Below, in pieces: positions 39,691 to 49,722 of a stretch of DNA of 64,000 nucleotides. Position numbers and translations under genes: made by a program. How positions within the stretch are numbered: position 1 is the stretch's first letter; each line of letters opens with the position of its first letter. Under the pieces are notes generated by a model. That model saw only the letters and a list, made by a program, of their open reading frames with translations. It ran no database searches and was not told the origin of the DNA. This stretch comes from Candidatus Oxydemutator sp. (GTDB taxonomy: Bacteria > Pseudomonadota > Gammaproteobacteria > Poriferisulfidales > Oxydemutatoraceae). The stretch spans positions 160,001 through 224,000 of the forward strand of contig OZ241883.1 of NCBI GenBank assembly GCA_965203445.1. Reading direction: 5' to 3'.

Positions 39691-40910
39691 TCAAACCGGG
39701 ATCCCGGCGGCGGTCGCCTGACGCCTGATAGAGCGTCCCAGCGACGGCACCGCAAAGGAGTACCGGCCATGGCGGTTTTTGAACACCAGACCCTTGTCGC
39801 CCATGGCCGCCAACATCTGGCTCACGTGACTGGCGCTGAACGGCTTCGAGCGACCGGCGCGCGATTTTTCCACGATTTGCCGCACCGCGAACTCCTCGTC
39901 GCAATGTTCCAGCTGCGCCACGACCGATAACAATTCGCGTTGGCGGTCGGTCGCGTTGGCCCAGCGCCCGGCGAAGAAATCCGCGTCTAATTTCTGCACG
40001 ACGGGAATGAGAGAGACCGCGGCGTCGCCGCCACGTTCCGTCTGCTGCAAATATGCGTCATATACTTCGCGGCAGATGAACTGGATAAAATAAGGATAGC
40101 CGCGGGAAGCCTCGCAAATGGCATCTACCGAGCGTCGGCTTAGACGAACCGGGCAGCGTTCGTCGGCGATCGGTTTTTGCACGGCACTGACGCTTTCCTC
40201 ACGCGACAGCCGGCCGAGGAACAGCACCCGAAACATTCTCTCGGAGAACGTCCGCGCCTCGACGAGCTTGGGGAACAGAGTCGGCAGGCCCGTCAGCGCC
40301 AACATCAACGGCAACCCCTTCCTCTGAACGCCTTGAAAGGCATCCAGCGGCAGCGACAGCGGAAATTCGCCTGCGCCATGATCCGAAAGATTCTGCGCTT
40401 CGTCGTACCCGAAAATAACGCCGCGCGACACCCCGTTCACCGCGGACAACGCAGCCCACGTCGTCTCCAACACCGCCTTGAGTTTGTCCACGGCCAGCCC
40501 CGGAGTTCGCCGGTATATCCCCGCCAACAGCTCGTAATCGAGGGTCTGCCCGCTGCGGGTGCCCTGGGCGACAAAACCGATACCGCGCAGGACTTTCTTT
40601 CGGACGACGATATCGCCGGTAACCAGCGACAGATCGGCGCACAATCGGACGGCGACGCGCTCCTCGCTGGCGCTGCCGACTCGGAAAGATCGGCGCCGAC
40701 CCAACGCCAACCCTGCCGAATTGCGTCCTGCTTGAAGACATCCAACGGCACGGTTTTCCCTATGCCACGCAAACCCGTCAAAATAAGATTCTCCAATATC
40801 GTACGCTGCTCCAGCAAACGCCGAAACTCGGCACACTCGGCACCGCGCCCCGCCAGATGGGGCGGCGGATGGCCGGCGCCGGGACGGAATGGATTCTCAA
40901 AAGTAACCAT
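39691..40910 (-). pseudogene. Frameshifted AAA/STAND-like P-loop ATPase with C-terminal wHTH
   Basis: NPFRPGAG.PP.LAGR and Walker A GLRGIGKT lie in one frame; Walker B YDEAQ, GYPYFIQ and GRYSFAVP lie in another; one base appears to be missing near 40675. Confidence 0.82.
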
Positions 40911-40914
40911 AGAG

Positions 40915-40982
40915 ACAAGGGAACACCTCACGGGCGTCCCCGAGAAGCAAGGGAACGCCCCCACGGGCGTTCCCGAAGCAGT
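40915..40982. repeat. REP-like palindrome, copy 2, plus a degenerate tandem copy
   Basis: GGGAACGCCC-CCAC-GGGCGTTCCC at 40951-40974; degenerate copy at 40919-40940. Confidence 0.8.
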
Positions 40983-41040
40983 ATTCAGAATATTTTCTTA
41001 ATTTTATCAACGATTGCCCCCCTTCCCATACAATCGCCAC

Positions 41041-42696
41041 ATGGATGATCGCACGCCCAAATCGCGCTACGACGTGGTCATCGTCGGCTGCGGTGCCGCC
41101 GGGCTGAGCCTGGCACTCGAGTTGGCGGACGACGTCTCGGTCTGCATCCTGGCCAAGGGCGAGCCGACGCTGAGCAGCACCTGGCACGCGCAAGGCGGAA
41201 TCGCCGCCGCCGTCAGCGAACTCGACTCGGTTGCGGCCCACGTCTCGGACACGCTGAAAGCCGGCTGCGGATTGTGCGACGAGCACGCGGTGGCGACCAT
41301 CGTCGGCGAGGCGCCGGCCACGATAGAGTGGCTGGAGCGTATGGGGGTCGAGTTCACGCGCGAGCAGCAGGGGCGCGGTGCGACTTTGCATCTGACGCGC
41401 GAAGGCGGTCACCGGCGGCGGCGCATCGTCCACAGCCGCGACACCACCGGGCGCACGGTGCAGGGCGTGCTGCTCAAGCGCGCGCGCCAACGGCGCAACG
41501 TGGAGTTCCGCCACGGCCATATCGCGGTCGACCTGATCACCGCGCGCGCACCGCGCGGCGAGAGCAAACGCTGCATCGGCATCTACGCGCTGAACGCGCG
41601 CGACGGGCGGGTGCACGCGATTGCCGCCGCCAGCGTCGTGCTGGCGAGCGGCGGCGCCGGCAAAGCCTATCTCTACACGACAAACCCCGACAGTTCGTCC
41701 GGCGACGGTATTGCGATGGCGTGGCGTGCGGGCTGCCGCGTCGCCGGCATGGAATTCATGCAGTTCCATCCGACCTGCCTCTATCATCCGAGCGCCAAAT
41801 CCTACCTGATCAGCGAGACCCTGCGCGGCGAGGGCGCGCGCCTGACGCTGCCGGACGGCACGCCGTTCATGCACCGCTTCGACGCGCGCGGAGTGCTGGC
41901 GCCGCGCGACGTGATCGCGCGCGCGATAGACCACGAGATCAAGCGCTTAGGCCTCGACTACGTGCACCTCGACGTATCGCACAAGCCCGAGGCTTTCGTG
42001 CGCGAGCGTTTCCCGGAAATTCACCGCCGCTGCCTGGCGTTCGGCTTCGATCTTGCGCGCGAACCGATTCCGGTGGTGCCGGCGGTGCACTACACCTGCG
42101 GCGGCGTCGTCGCCGACACCGACGGGCGCACCGATGTAGACGCGCTCTACGCCGTCGGCGAAACCGCGCACACCGGACTGCACGGCGCCAACCGCCTGGC
42201 CAGCAACTCGCTGCTCGAGTGCATCGTCTGCGGGCGGCGCGCGGCGCGCGCGATGGGCGGCGACCTGGCGGCGCGGGCCGTGCGCACGCCACAAACCGAA
42301 GGCGCCGAGACGCCGCCGTGGGACGAAAGCCGCGTCACCCAGTCGGACGAGGAGGTCGTCGTCGCGCACGGCTGGCACGAGTTGCGGCGCGTGATGTGGA
42401 ACTACGTCGGCATCGTGCGCAGCGAGCGGCGCCTGCTGCGGGCCAAGAAGCACGTCGAGCTGCTGCTCGAGGAGGCCGACGAATACTACCGCCGCTACCG
42501 CATCAACGGCGATCTGATCGAATACCGAAACCTGGCCCAGACCGCGCACCTGATCGTAGTCTCGGCGCTGGCGCGCAAGGAAAGCCGCGGCCTGCACTAC
42601 GTCAAGGACTACCCGCAAACCAACGCCGCCCTCGACGGCAGGAACACGGTGCTGGCGCCGGCGGGCGGTTCTATTCGCTGTTCGCTCCGGAGTTGA
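41041..42696 (+). CDS. nadB: L-aspartate oxidase
   Basis: GCGAAGL, AQGGIAA, REGGH, QFHPT, HYTCGG, GANRLASNSLLE and ESRGLHY motifs. Confidence 0.97.
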   Translation: MDDRTPKSRYDVVIVGCGAAGLSLALELADDVSVCILAKGEPTLSSTWHAQGGIAAAVSELDSVAAHVSDTLKAGCGLCDEHAVATIVGEAPATIEWLERMGVEFTREQQGRGATLHLTREGGHRRRRIVHSRDTTGRTVQGVLLKRARQRRNVEFRHGHIAVDLITARAPRGESKRCIGIYALNARDGRVHAIAAASVVLASGGAGKAYLYTTNPDSSSGDGIAMAWRAGCRVAGMEFMQFHPTCLYHPSAKSYLISETLRGEGARLTLPDGTPFMHRFDARGVLAPRDVIARAIDHEIKRLGLDYVHLDVSHKPEAFVRERFPEIHRRCLAFGFDLAREPIPVVPAVHYTCGGVVADTDGRTDVDALYAVGETAHTGLHGANRLASNSLLECIVCGRRAARAMGGDLAARAVRTPQTEGAETPPWDESRVTQSDEEVVVAHGWHELRRVMWNYVGIVRSERRLLRAKKHVELLLEEADEYYRRYRINGDLIEYRNLAQTAHLIVVSALARKESRGLHYVKDYPQTNAALDGRNTVLAPAGGSIRCSLRS

Positions 42697-43408
42697 AACG
42701 CAACAATTTCTTCCACTGGATCAAACCATCCTCACAAAAACGCTCGATAAAAGATTGGGAGAATTTATTGATAACGCGAACGTAATTTTCCATAAATGCT
42801 TCATTTCTCTCTTTCGCCTTATGCCCCAAAGGTTCGATTATCTCAACGTATAAATCAGAATTACCGGATATGAATTCCCAAAATCTCTGCCCGCAGTACT
42901 TGAGATAAATACCTTTGTCCGGCTGATTGTCCTTTCCATAGCAACAACCGTTCACCGCCTGGATATTCATGTTTCCACCACCTTGCCTAAGAATTCTTTG
43001 CACTTGAACAAAATTCTCCTTCATCCGTTTAATCTGGCTGCTGTTGCCCCAATTTGGGCCGGATTTTATCGAAACCACGTAGCGAATATCTTCCTTGTTG
43101 AACTCGAGGTCTATCCCCTCGGCAGATGATTTCCAACCTCCGTACACGCTTTCATTTACGAATACGGCAAGCCCTTCGAGAAACTTCCCGAACAATGACT
43201 CTTCCTGGGAAGACAAATGAGCATCGAGAAAGATCTTCACAAGATCGGGAGCAGTAATTACGTTTTTGGCCCTGAACAAATAAGGGTTTTTTCTTTTCAG
43301 AACCTTATCCAGTTCCAAATCTTCCAACTTTCTCAATCGCGTGGAATGAAAGTCTCCTATGTTATTCTCGACGTAATCTCTTACGTCATCAATCGTGATT
43401 TTGGGCAT
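42671..43408 (-). CDS. Putative type II restriction endonuclease (PmeII/EcoO109I-like)
   Basis: KRKNPYLF, FGKFLEGLA, GIDLEF and SIKSGPNWGN (PD-xK type); AT-rich; overlaps the MTase gene. Confidence 0.8.
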   Translation of the reverse strand: MPKITIDDVRDYVENNIGDFHSTRLRKLEDLELDKVLKRKNPYLFRAKNVITAPDLVKIFLDAHLSSQEESLFGKFLEGLAVFVNESVYGGWKSSAEGIDLEFNKEDIRYVVSIKSGPNWGNSSQIKRMKENFVQVQRILRQGGGNMNIQAVNGCCYGKDNQPDKGIYLKYCGQRFWEFISGNSDLYVEIIEPLGHKAKERNEAFMENYVRVINKFSQSFIERFCEDGLIQWKKLLRFNSGANSE

Positions 43409-44264
43409 ATCTTCCAGCTCTCTTTTCCATCAGTCTATGTTGCTTTTTCACTCCTTCCGAGATCGTAATCATGCGTTCATAAAAGCCCCGGTTGACCTCG
43501 ATTCCGATGGAGTTTCTGTTGAGCTCGCCCGCCGCTTCCAGGGTCGTGCCGGAACCGGCGAACGGATCAAGAACCATATCCCCTTCTTCGGTGAACAGCC
43601 GGATAAACCACGCCGGAAGAGACTTCGGGAACACCGCGCTATGTCCCTTGTTAGCGCACTCCGTGGCCATGTGCAGAACGTTCGTCGGGAACGCCCTGTC
43701 CCTGCCGATCCAGTTGGAAATTTTCTTGCCGAAACCGCTTCCGACCTTCGACTCGTCTCTTATTTTGTCCGTAGCGCTCAAATTTCTAAGCCGCTTCTTT
43801 GCCCACTCCCCGGTCGGCACCATCACCGATTCCTGATACATGTGGAATTTCTTGCTTTTGTTAAACTGCAACAGCCGCTCCCATGAATCCCTGAATCGGT
43901 TGGGCCACTTGCCCGGATAGCAATTTTTTTTGTGCCAGACAAATTCTTCCGTCCAGTGCCATCCTTGCTTGCGCATCGCCAATATGAGTTCGATGACGTA
44001 CGTGTGGCGTTCTCCACCCACGACTCTTTCCTTTATGTTGAGGATGAAGGTCCCGCTCGGTTTCAATACTCTCAAGAGGTGTTCGGAAATCGGCAGAAAC
44101 CATTCGACGTACCGCTCCGGGGCAACCCCGCCGTAGCTGTTTTTTCTCTGGTCGGCATAGGGGGGAGAGGTGATTATCAGGTCGACGGAATCGTCCTCGA
44201 TTTCCTCAAGCCTGCGCCGGCAATCTCCGAGCAGTATTCGGGGCGGCGCGCACGTGACTATCAT
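43389..44264 (-). CDS. DNA N4/N6 methyltransferase, beta order
   Basis: TSPPY precedes HSAVFP and LDPFAGSGTT. Confidence 0.93.
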   Translation of the reverse strand: MIVTCAPPRILLGDCRRRLEEIEDDSVDLIITSPPYADQRKNSYGGVAPERYVEWFLPISEHLLRVLKPSGTFILNIKERVVGGERHTYVIELILAMRKQGWHWTEEFVWHKKNCYPGKWPNRFRDSWERLLQFNKSKKFHMYQESVMVPTGEWAKKRLRNLSATDKIRDESKVGSGFGKKISNWIGRDRAFPTNVLHMATECANKGHSAVFPKSLPAWFIRLFTEEGDMVLDPFAGSGTTLEAAGELNRNSIGIEVNRGFYERMITISEGVKKQHRLMEKRAGRYAQNHD

Positions 44265-44300
44265 CTCGGTATGATACGACCTTATGCGCCGGGTGGTGCC

Positions 44301-44855
44301 CTACGCCGATCCCAGGCGCAGAAAATTGCGGCGGTAGTGGCGCAGTTCCTCGATGGATCCGCGGATGTCGCTCAGGGCGCGGTGGCGGCTTTCTTCTTCC
44401 TTGCGCGCGACGATTTCCGGTTTCCAGCGCCGCGCCAGTTCCTTCAGCGTGCTGACGTCGAGGTTGCGGTAGTGAAAAAAACTTTCGAGTTCCGGCATCA
44501 GCCGCGCCAGGAAGCGCCGGTCCTGGCAGATGCTGTTGCCGCACATCGGCGACTTTCCGCGCACGGCGTGGCGCTTCAGGAAGTCTAGCGTGCGGCGCTC
44601 GGCCTCGGCGCAACTGACGCGGCTCGCGCGCACCTCTTCGACGAGGCCGGATGCGGTATGATGGTCGCGGTTCCACTGATTCATGCCGTCGAGAACGTCC
44701 TGCGGCTGATGGATCGCAAGCGCGGGACCTTCGACGGGATTTTCCAGATGTTTATCGGTTACCAGCGTCGCGATTTCGAGGATGGCGTCGGCAAAGGAAT
44801 CCAGCCCCGTCATCTCGAGATCCACCCACACCAGGTTGGATTCGTCCGGCTGCAT
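44301..44855 (-). CDS. orn: Oligoribonuclease
   Basis: LVWVDLEMTGL, CGNSICQDRRFL, HYRNLDVSTLKEL and HRALSDI motifs. Confidence 0.97.
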   Translation of the reverse strand: MQPDESNLVWVDLEMTGLDSFADAILEIATLVTDKHLENPVEGPALAIHQPQDVLDGMNQWNRDHHTASGLVEEVRASRVSCAEAERRTLDFLKRHAVRGKSPMCGNSICQDRRFLARLMPELESFFHYRNLDVSTLKELARRWKPEIVARKEEESRHRALSDIRGSIEELRHYRRNFLRLGSA

Positions 44856-44891
44856 GGGCGCCATTCTAACGGAAAACGCGGTCGCTGCGCG

Positions 44892-45173
44892 CTGCTGTTG
44901 GCGACGCTGTGCCTGGCCACGGTCGCGGCCGCGGAAGCCACGGCGCCGGCGCACTACCAGGCGTCCTGCGTCGCGTGTCACGCGCGCATGGTCGGCGGCG
45001 ACGGCGGCCTGCTCCACACCCGCCCCGACCGTCTCGCAAAAAATTACGCCGCGCTGCACGAGCGCGTCGTTTATTGCCAGAAGCAGCTGCGACTGCACTG
45101 GAGCGAGGCGCAGGTGCGGCGCACGGCGGACTACTTGAACGAGCGTTACTACCGTTATCCGCGTCCCGAATAG
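44892..45173 (+). CDS. Small periplasmic monoheme cytochrome c
   Basis: Signal-like LLLATLCLATVAAA, CVACH heme motif, YLNERYY C-terminus; start uncertain. Confidence 0.75.
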   Translation: MLLATLCLATVAAAEATAPAHYQASCVACHARMVGGDGGLLHTRPDRLAKNYAALHERVVYCQKQLRLHWSEAQVRRTADYLNERYYRYPRPE

Positions 45174-45252
45174 CGACGGCGCGGCGCCGGCGTCCCGCGC
45201 GCGGCGCGCCCACGGTCGTCCACGGTCGCCCGGGCACAGCACCTGCAAAGCG

Positions 45253-46416
45253 TCACGGCGGCTCGGCGCCCTCGTTCAAGATCGACAGATAGCGGTCATA
45301 GGCGAACACGCGGCCGCGCTTTTTGCCCGTGATTTCACGCACCATTCGGTGCTCGAGCAGCAATTGCAGCACCGCGGCGACGGTCGTAGTGGAAAGCCTC
45401 GTGCGCCGGCATATCCGGGACGGAGACAGGAGCGGGCGCCTCATAAACGCCGCATGCACGCGCAAGGCCGAACCGGCGCGGCGGCCCTGCCGCTGTATCC
45501 ATGCCCGATCCGACTCGAACGTCTCCGACAAGCGACGCGCCGTGGCCACCGCGTTCTCCGCGGTCTCCCTTACCCCCTCGAGGAAAAAAGCAAGCCACGC
45601 TTCCCAGTCGCCGGTGCCGCGCACGTGCATCAGCAGGTCATAGTAGGTGCTTCTGTGCTGCTTGAAGTACAGGCTCAAATACAACAGCGGTTCGGGCAAC
45701 AAGCCGGCCTGGTACAACTGAAGCGTCGTCAACAGCCTGCCGATACGCCCGTTCCCGTCGAGGAACGGGTGTATCGTCTCGAACTGCACGTGCGCAAGCC
45801 CGGCCCGCACCAGTGTGGGCAACTCGTCGCCATCGGCATGGAGAAAGCGCTCGAACGCGGCCATGCACTCGGGCACCTCGGTGTGCGGCGGCGGCACAAA
45901 GGCCGCGTTGCCGGGCCGCGAGCCGCCGATCCAGTTCTGCGACGTGCGGAACTCCCCCGGCGCTTTGTCGCTGCCGCGCCCGTGCGACAGCAAGACGCCG
46001 TGAATTTCCCGGATCAGGCGGTTGCACAACGGAAAACCGTCCGCCAGACGACGCAGGCCATGCTCCAACGCCGCCACGTAGTTGGAGACCTCGACGACGT
46101 CGTCGAACGGAACGCCGGGCGTTTCCTCCAGCTCATAGAGCAGGAGATCGGACAACGACGACTGCGTTCCCTCTATTTGCGAGGAAAACACCGCCTCCTT
46201 ACGCACGTAAGTGTAGAGAAAAAGTTCCGGGTCGGGCAGCAGCGGCGAAACCGCGCCAAGCCCGCCGACGGCAACCGCCGCCGACTCGAGCGCCCGTTGC
46301 AGCGGGCCGCCCAGAACGAGGGGAGGCACGGGTGGAAGCGGTGCCGGGACGCAGGTACGGACAAGTTCGTCGCCGACGTTCATAGTCCGGTATCCTCCGT
46401 TTTCGCCACGTCGCAT
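45253..46416 (-). CDS. Fic family protein with C-terminal HTH
   Basis: EAVFSSQIEG, HPFLDGNGRIGR and EITGKKRGRVF motifs. Confidence 0.95.
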   Translation of the reverse strand: MRRGENGGYRTMNVGDELVRTCVPAPLPPVPPLVLGGPLQRALESAAVAVGGLGAVSPLLPDPELFLYTYVRKEAVFSSQIEGTQSSLSDLLLYELEETPGVPFDDVVEVSNYVAALEHGLRRLADGFPLCNRLIREIHGVLLSHGRGSDKAPGEFRTSQNWIGGSRPGNAAFVPPPHTEVPECMAAFERFLHADGDELPTLVRAGLAHVQFETIHPFLDGNGRIGRLLTTLQLYQAGLLPEPLLYLSLYFKQHRSTYYDLLMHVRGTGDWEAWLAFFLEGVRETAENAVATARRLSETFESDRAWIQRQGRRAGSALRVHAAFMRRPLLSPSRICRRTRLSTTTVAAVLQLLLEHRMVREITGKKRGRVFAYDRYLSILNEGAEPP

Positions 46417-46459
46417 AGCAAAGATCTCCTGATAAGGGTTCAAGGCTTTTCTCTATTCA

Positions 46460-46660
46460 AAGCCTTCCACTGATTCGAATATTGGAATAAGGGATTCCGT
46501 TATTAAGTTTTCATAGTTGAAAGTTTAATAAGGGCTTCCACTAATCCAGTATCTTGAATAGCGTATTCTACTATTAAGTTCTCATGACTTAAAGTTTAAT
46601 AAGGGCTTCCACTAATCCAGAATGTGGAATAAGAGAGTTCGCTATTACACTTTAAGATAT
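46460..46660. repeat. AT-rich tandem repeat with a 71-bp period upstream of fic
   Basis: cttccact at 46464, 46535 and 46606; tatta at 46501, 46572 and 46643; aaagtttaataagggcttccactaatccag is identical in two units. Confidence 0.85.
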
Positions 46661-46717
46661 TAAAATTGAGTAACAGCACCGATAATATATCCTAATATAT
46701 GTGAATTCCCCTCCCCC

Positions 46718-47914
46718 TCAACCCAGCACCCGCACGTATTCCTCCATACTGATCACCCCGTCGCGCAGCAGTTTCAGCCCGGATTGCTCCAGACTCGACA
46801 GGCGTCGCGCGTTGATCAGCGTGTTCGCCTCGGCCGGTGCTTTGCCGTAGCCGGTGACGGCGCGGCGCAAATCGTCGTCCATCGCCACCATCTCGTACAC
46901 CGCGCAACGCCCGGCGTAGCCGGTGTCGCGGCAATGCGCGCAGCCGCGGCCTCGGTAGAGCGGCACGTCGCCTATGGATTGCGCCAGCGGCGGCGCCTCG
47001 GACGCGGCCTGCGCTTCCTTGCAGTGCGGGCAGATTTTGCGCACCAGGCGCTGCGACACCACTATGGTGAGCGCCGCACCCACCAGGTATTCCGGCAGGC
47101 CGACGTTGATCAGGCGCGTGATCGTGCCGGCGACGTTGCCGGTGTGCAAGGTGCTCATGACCAGGTGGCCGGTCAGCCCGGCCTTGAGGGCGACGTCGGC
47201 GGTCTCGAAATCGCGGATCTCGCCGACCAGGATGACTTCCGGATCCTGGCGCAGAAACGCGCGCAGCGCGTCGGCGAAACCGAGCCCGATCTGCTCGCGC
47301 ACCTCGACCTGGTTGATGCCCTCGATGCGCCGCTCGACCGGATCCTCGGCCGTCAGGATGCTGACGTCCTCGCCGTTCAGCTCGCGCAGCGCCGCGTACA
47401 GCGTCGTCGTCTTGCCGCTGCCGGTCGGCCCGGTGACGAGTATCAGACCCTGGCTCATGCGCAGCGCGCGCCGGAACAGCGCGAGTTCGCGCGCGCCCAT
47501 GCCAAGGTTGTCCAGCGCCGAGTCGAAACCGCCGCTGTCCAGGATACGCAGCACGATGCGCTCGCCCGAGATCAGCGGCACCACGGACACGCGCACGTCG
47601 GCGGTGCCGCGCTCGCAGGCGAACGAGAAGCGCCCGTCCTGCGGCAGGCGCCGGTCGGCGATGTCCAGCCCGGCGAGCAGCTTGACGCGCGTCGACACGC
47701 TGGCGTATTCGTCGAACAAAAACGCGCCGGTCTCTATCTCGCGCAGCACGCCGTCCAGGCGATAGCGCAGGCGCGCGCGGCTCTCGTATTTTTCGAGGTG
47801 CGCGTCGCTGGCGCCGAACGAGACCGCCTGGCGCAGCATGCGCTCGACGAACACCACCGCCGACGTCTGCCCGGTCAACGCCGGACGCCGCGCGCCCTCG
47901 CCCGGCGCGCTCAA
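46718..47914 (-). CDS. GspE/PilB family secretion ATPase (short form)
   Basis: ASDAHLE, RLPQDGR, GPTGSGKTTT, EDPVE, LRQDPE and GHLVMSTLH motifs. Confidence 0.93.
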   Translation of the reverse strand: MSAPGEGARRPALTGQTSAVVFVERMLRQAVSFGASDAHLEKYESRARLRYRLDGVLREIETGAFLFDEYASVSTRVKLLAGLDIADRRLPQDGRFSFACERGTADVRVSVVPLISGERIVLRILDSGGFDSALDNLGMGARELALFRRALRMSQGLILVTGPTGSGKTTTLYAALRELNGEDVSILTAEDPVERRIEGINQVEVREQIGLGFADALRAFLRQDPEVILVGEIRDFETADVALKAGLTGHLVMSTLHTGNVAGTITRLINVGLPEYLVGAALTIVVSQRLVRKICPHCKEAQAASEAPPLAQSIGDVPLYRGRGCAHCRDTGYAGRCAVYEMVAMDDDLRRAVTGYGKAPAEANTLINARRLSSLEQSGLKLLRDGVISMEEYVRVLG

Positions 47915-49359
47915 CGCACGATCTCCGGCAGGATGAACACCATCAGTTCGCGCACGTCGCGCCGCGCCCTGGTGTCGCGAAACAGTCCGCCGACCAGCGG
48001 CAGTTCCCCGGCGACCGGCACGCGGCCTTGCGCGTCCACGCGCGTGTCCAGGCGGATGCCGCCGATGACCACCATGTCGCCGTCGGCGACGAGCAGGCGG
48101 CTTGCGATTTCGCGGCGCGTGATCGGCGGGTTCGGCACGCGGACGTCCACCGTGTCCTTGTTGATCTCGACGTCGAGCAGCAGATGGTCGTCGTCTATCA
48201 CCGACGGCGTCACCGCCAGGCGCAGCCCGGCCTGCTTGAACTCGGTGCGCGTGCCGTCCTGGGAGACCGTCTGGTAGGGAATTTCATCTCCCTGGAAAAT
48301 CACCGCCTGCCGGTTGTCGAGCGTGAACACCCTGGGGTTCGATATGATGCGGCTTTTGCCCTCGTTTTCGAGCGCCGTCAACTCGAGGCGGATGCGCGAC
48401 TTGCCGAAACGCAGGCCGAGGCCGGTGGCGGCGCCCGCCGCCGGCAGGTTCACGAACGCGCCGTCGGCGCCGCCGACCGCGCCATAGACGCGCGGCAGGC
48501 GTCCGGGCGCGGCGTCGCGCGCCAAGCGCGCGCCCAAATTGCGCTGGAAGTCCTCGCCGGCCTCGACGATGAACGCCTCGATCAGCACCTGCCGGTGGCG
48601 CGTATCGAGTTCCCGGATCAACGACGCGGCCAGCGCGACGTCGCGGCGGCCGCCCTTGACGATGACCGCCTGGCTGCGCTCGTCGCTGACGACCACGGTG
48701 CCCTTGCGGCCCTTGCCGCCCTGGCGCTCGAACAGCGCGTCTAACAGTGGCTTGACCTCGGCCGGGCGCGCGAAACGCAGCCGAAACATCTCCACCTGCC
48801 CCGGTTCTTCGGCGCGCGCCGCAGCGCCCGGCGCGGCGTCGCCACCCGCGCGCAGAGCGATCAGACGCGCCGGCTCCCGCTCGTGCACGACCAGGCCGTG
48901 CATACCGGCGACGGTCGCCAGCGCGTCGCGCCAAGCCACCGCGTCAAGACGCAGGTGCAGCGCCGCCTCGGCAGCGGCGTCGGCGACGACGTTGTAGCCG
49001 CTCGCGCGCGACAACATGCGCGCGAACACCGGCAGCGGCAATCCCGCGGCGCGCAGCACCATCGGCGCCGAGGCGGTGACCGCACGCGGCGCCACGGCCG
49101 GCAGGATCGTGACGCGCTCCTCGAAGCTCCCCGGTCGCGCGCGCGGCGGCACCGGCACGCGCGTGCCCGGGGTGTCCAGGAGTTCGCGCGTGAATTGCCG
49201 CTCGTCTATCAGGTAGCGCGGCGCCGCCGGCGCGTCGTGTTGCAGCGGTGAACAGGCGACGCACGCGGCGCCGACGATCACGCAGGCGCAGGCGCGGAGC
49301 AGGAACGTCGAGACCGGCCCGGCCGACGGGCCTCGCCAAAAACCGGAACGCGCAGTCAT
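47911..49359 (-). CDS. PilQ/HofQ-like secretin
   Basis: DERSQAVIV, QVLIEAFIVE, ISNPRVFT, QGDEIPY and ELMVFILPEIV motifs. Confidence 0.9.
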   Translation of the reverse strand: MTARSGFWRGPSAGPVSTFLLRACACVIVGAACVACSPLQHDAPAAPRYLIDERQFTRELLDTPGTRVPVPPRARPGSFEERVTILPAVAPRAVTASAPMVLRAAGLPLPVFARMLSRASGYNVVADAAAEAALHLRLDAVAWRDALATVAGMHGLVVHEREPARLIALRAGGDAAPGAAARAEEPGQVEMFRLRFARPAEVKPLLDALFERQGGKGRKGTVVVSDERSQAVIVKGGRRDVALAASLIRELDTRHRQVLIEAFIVEAGEDFQRNLGARLARDAAPGRLPRVYGAVGGADGAFVNLPAAGAATGLGLRFGKSRIRLELTALENEGKSRIISNPRVFTLDNRQAVIFQGDEIPYQTVSQDGTRTEFKQAGLRLAVTPSVIDDDHLLLDVEINKDTVDVRVPNPPITRREIASRLLVADGDMVVIGGIRLDTRVDAQGRVPVAGELPLVGGLFRDTRARRDVRELMVFILPEIVR

Positions 49360-49372
49360 GCCGGCGTGCCGT

Positions 49373-49720
49373 TCAAAACGCGGCCGGCAGGGGACGGATA
49401 CCGCCCGCGGTGCGCACGTCGACGCCGGCCTCGGTGATCCGCGCCACCTCGCCGCGGTCGCGCCCGATGGTGTCGCCCACGCGCACGACGTGGAACTCCC
49501 CGTCGGGCGTCTGCAAGGCCGCGAGCGCGTGCCCGCGCAGCAGCAAAACGCCGCGCACCGTGTAGCGCTCAAGCGCGTAGCCGCGCGGCGCGGCGGCGGG
49601 CGGCGGCTCGTCGGCGACAAAAGGGTCGCGCGCCGGCTGCGCCCGAAGAGGGTCGTCGCAGGCACAGGCCAGCAGCGCGACGCAAACCAGGCGAACGACG
49701 CGAAAGGAGAAGGGACGCAC
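49373..49720 (-). CDS. PilP-like lipoprotein
   Basis: LLACAC lipobox-like, RDPF, VRVGDTIG; upstream of the secretin. Confidence 0.75.
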   Translation of the reverse strand: MRPFSFRVVRLVCVALLACACDDPLRAQPARDPFVADEPPPAAAPRGYALERYTVRGVLLLRGHALAALQTPDGEFHVVRVGDTIGRDRGEVARITEAGVDVRTAGGIRPLPAAF

Positions 49721-49722
49721 GT

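Noticed and set aside
46460-46660. Possible CRISPR array
   Set aside because: The would-be spacers resemble each other, so the whole 71-bp unit repeats; only about three units and no cas genes.
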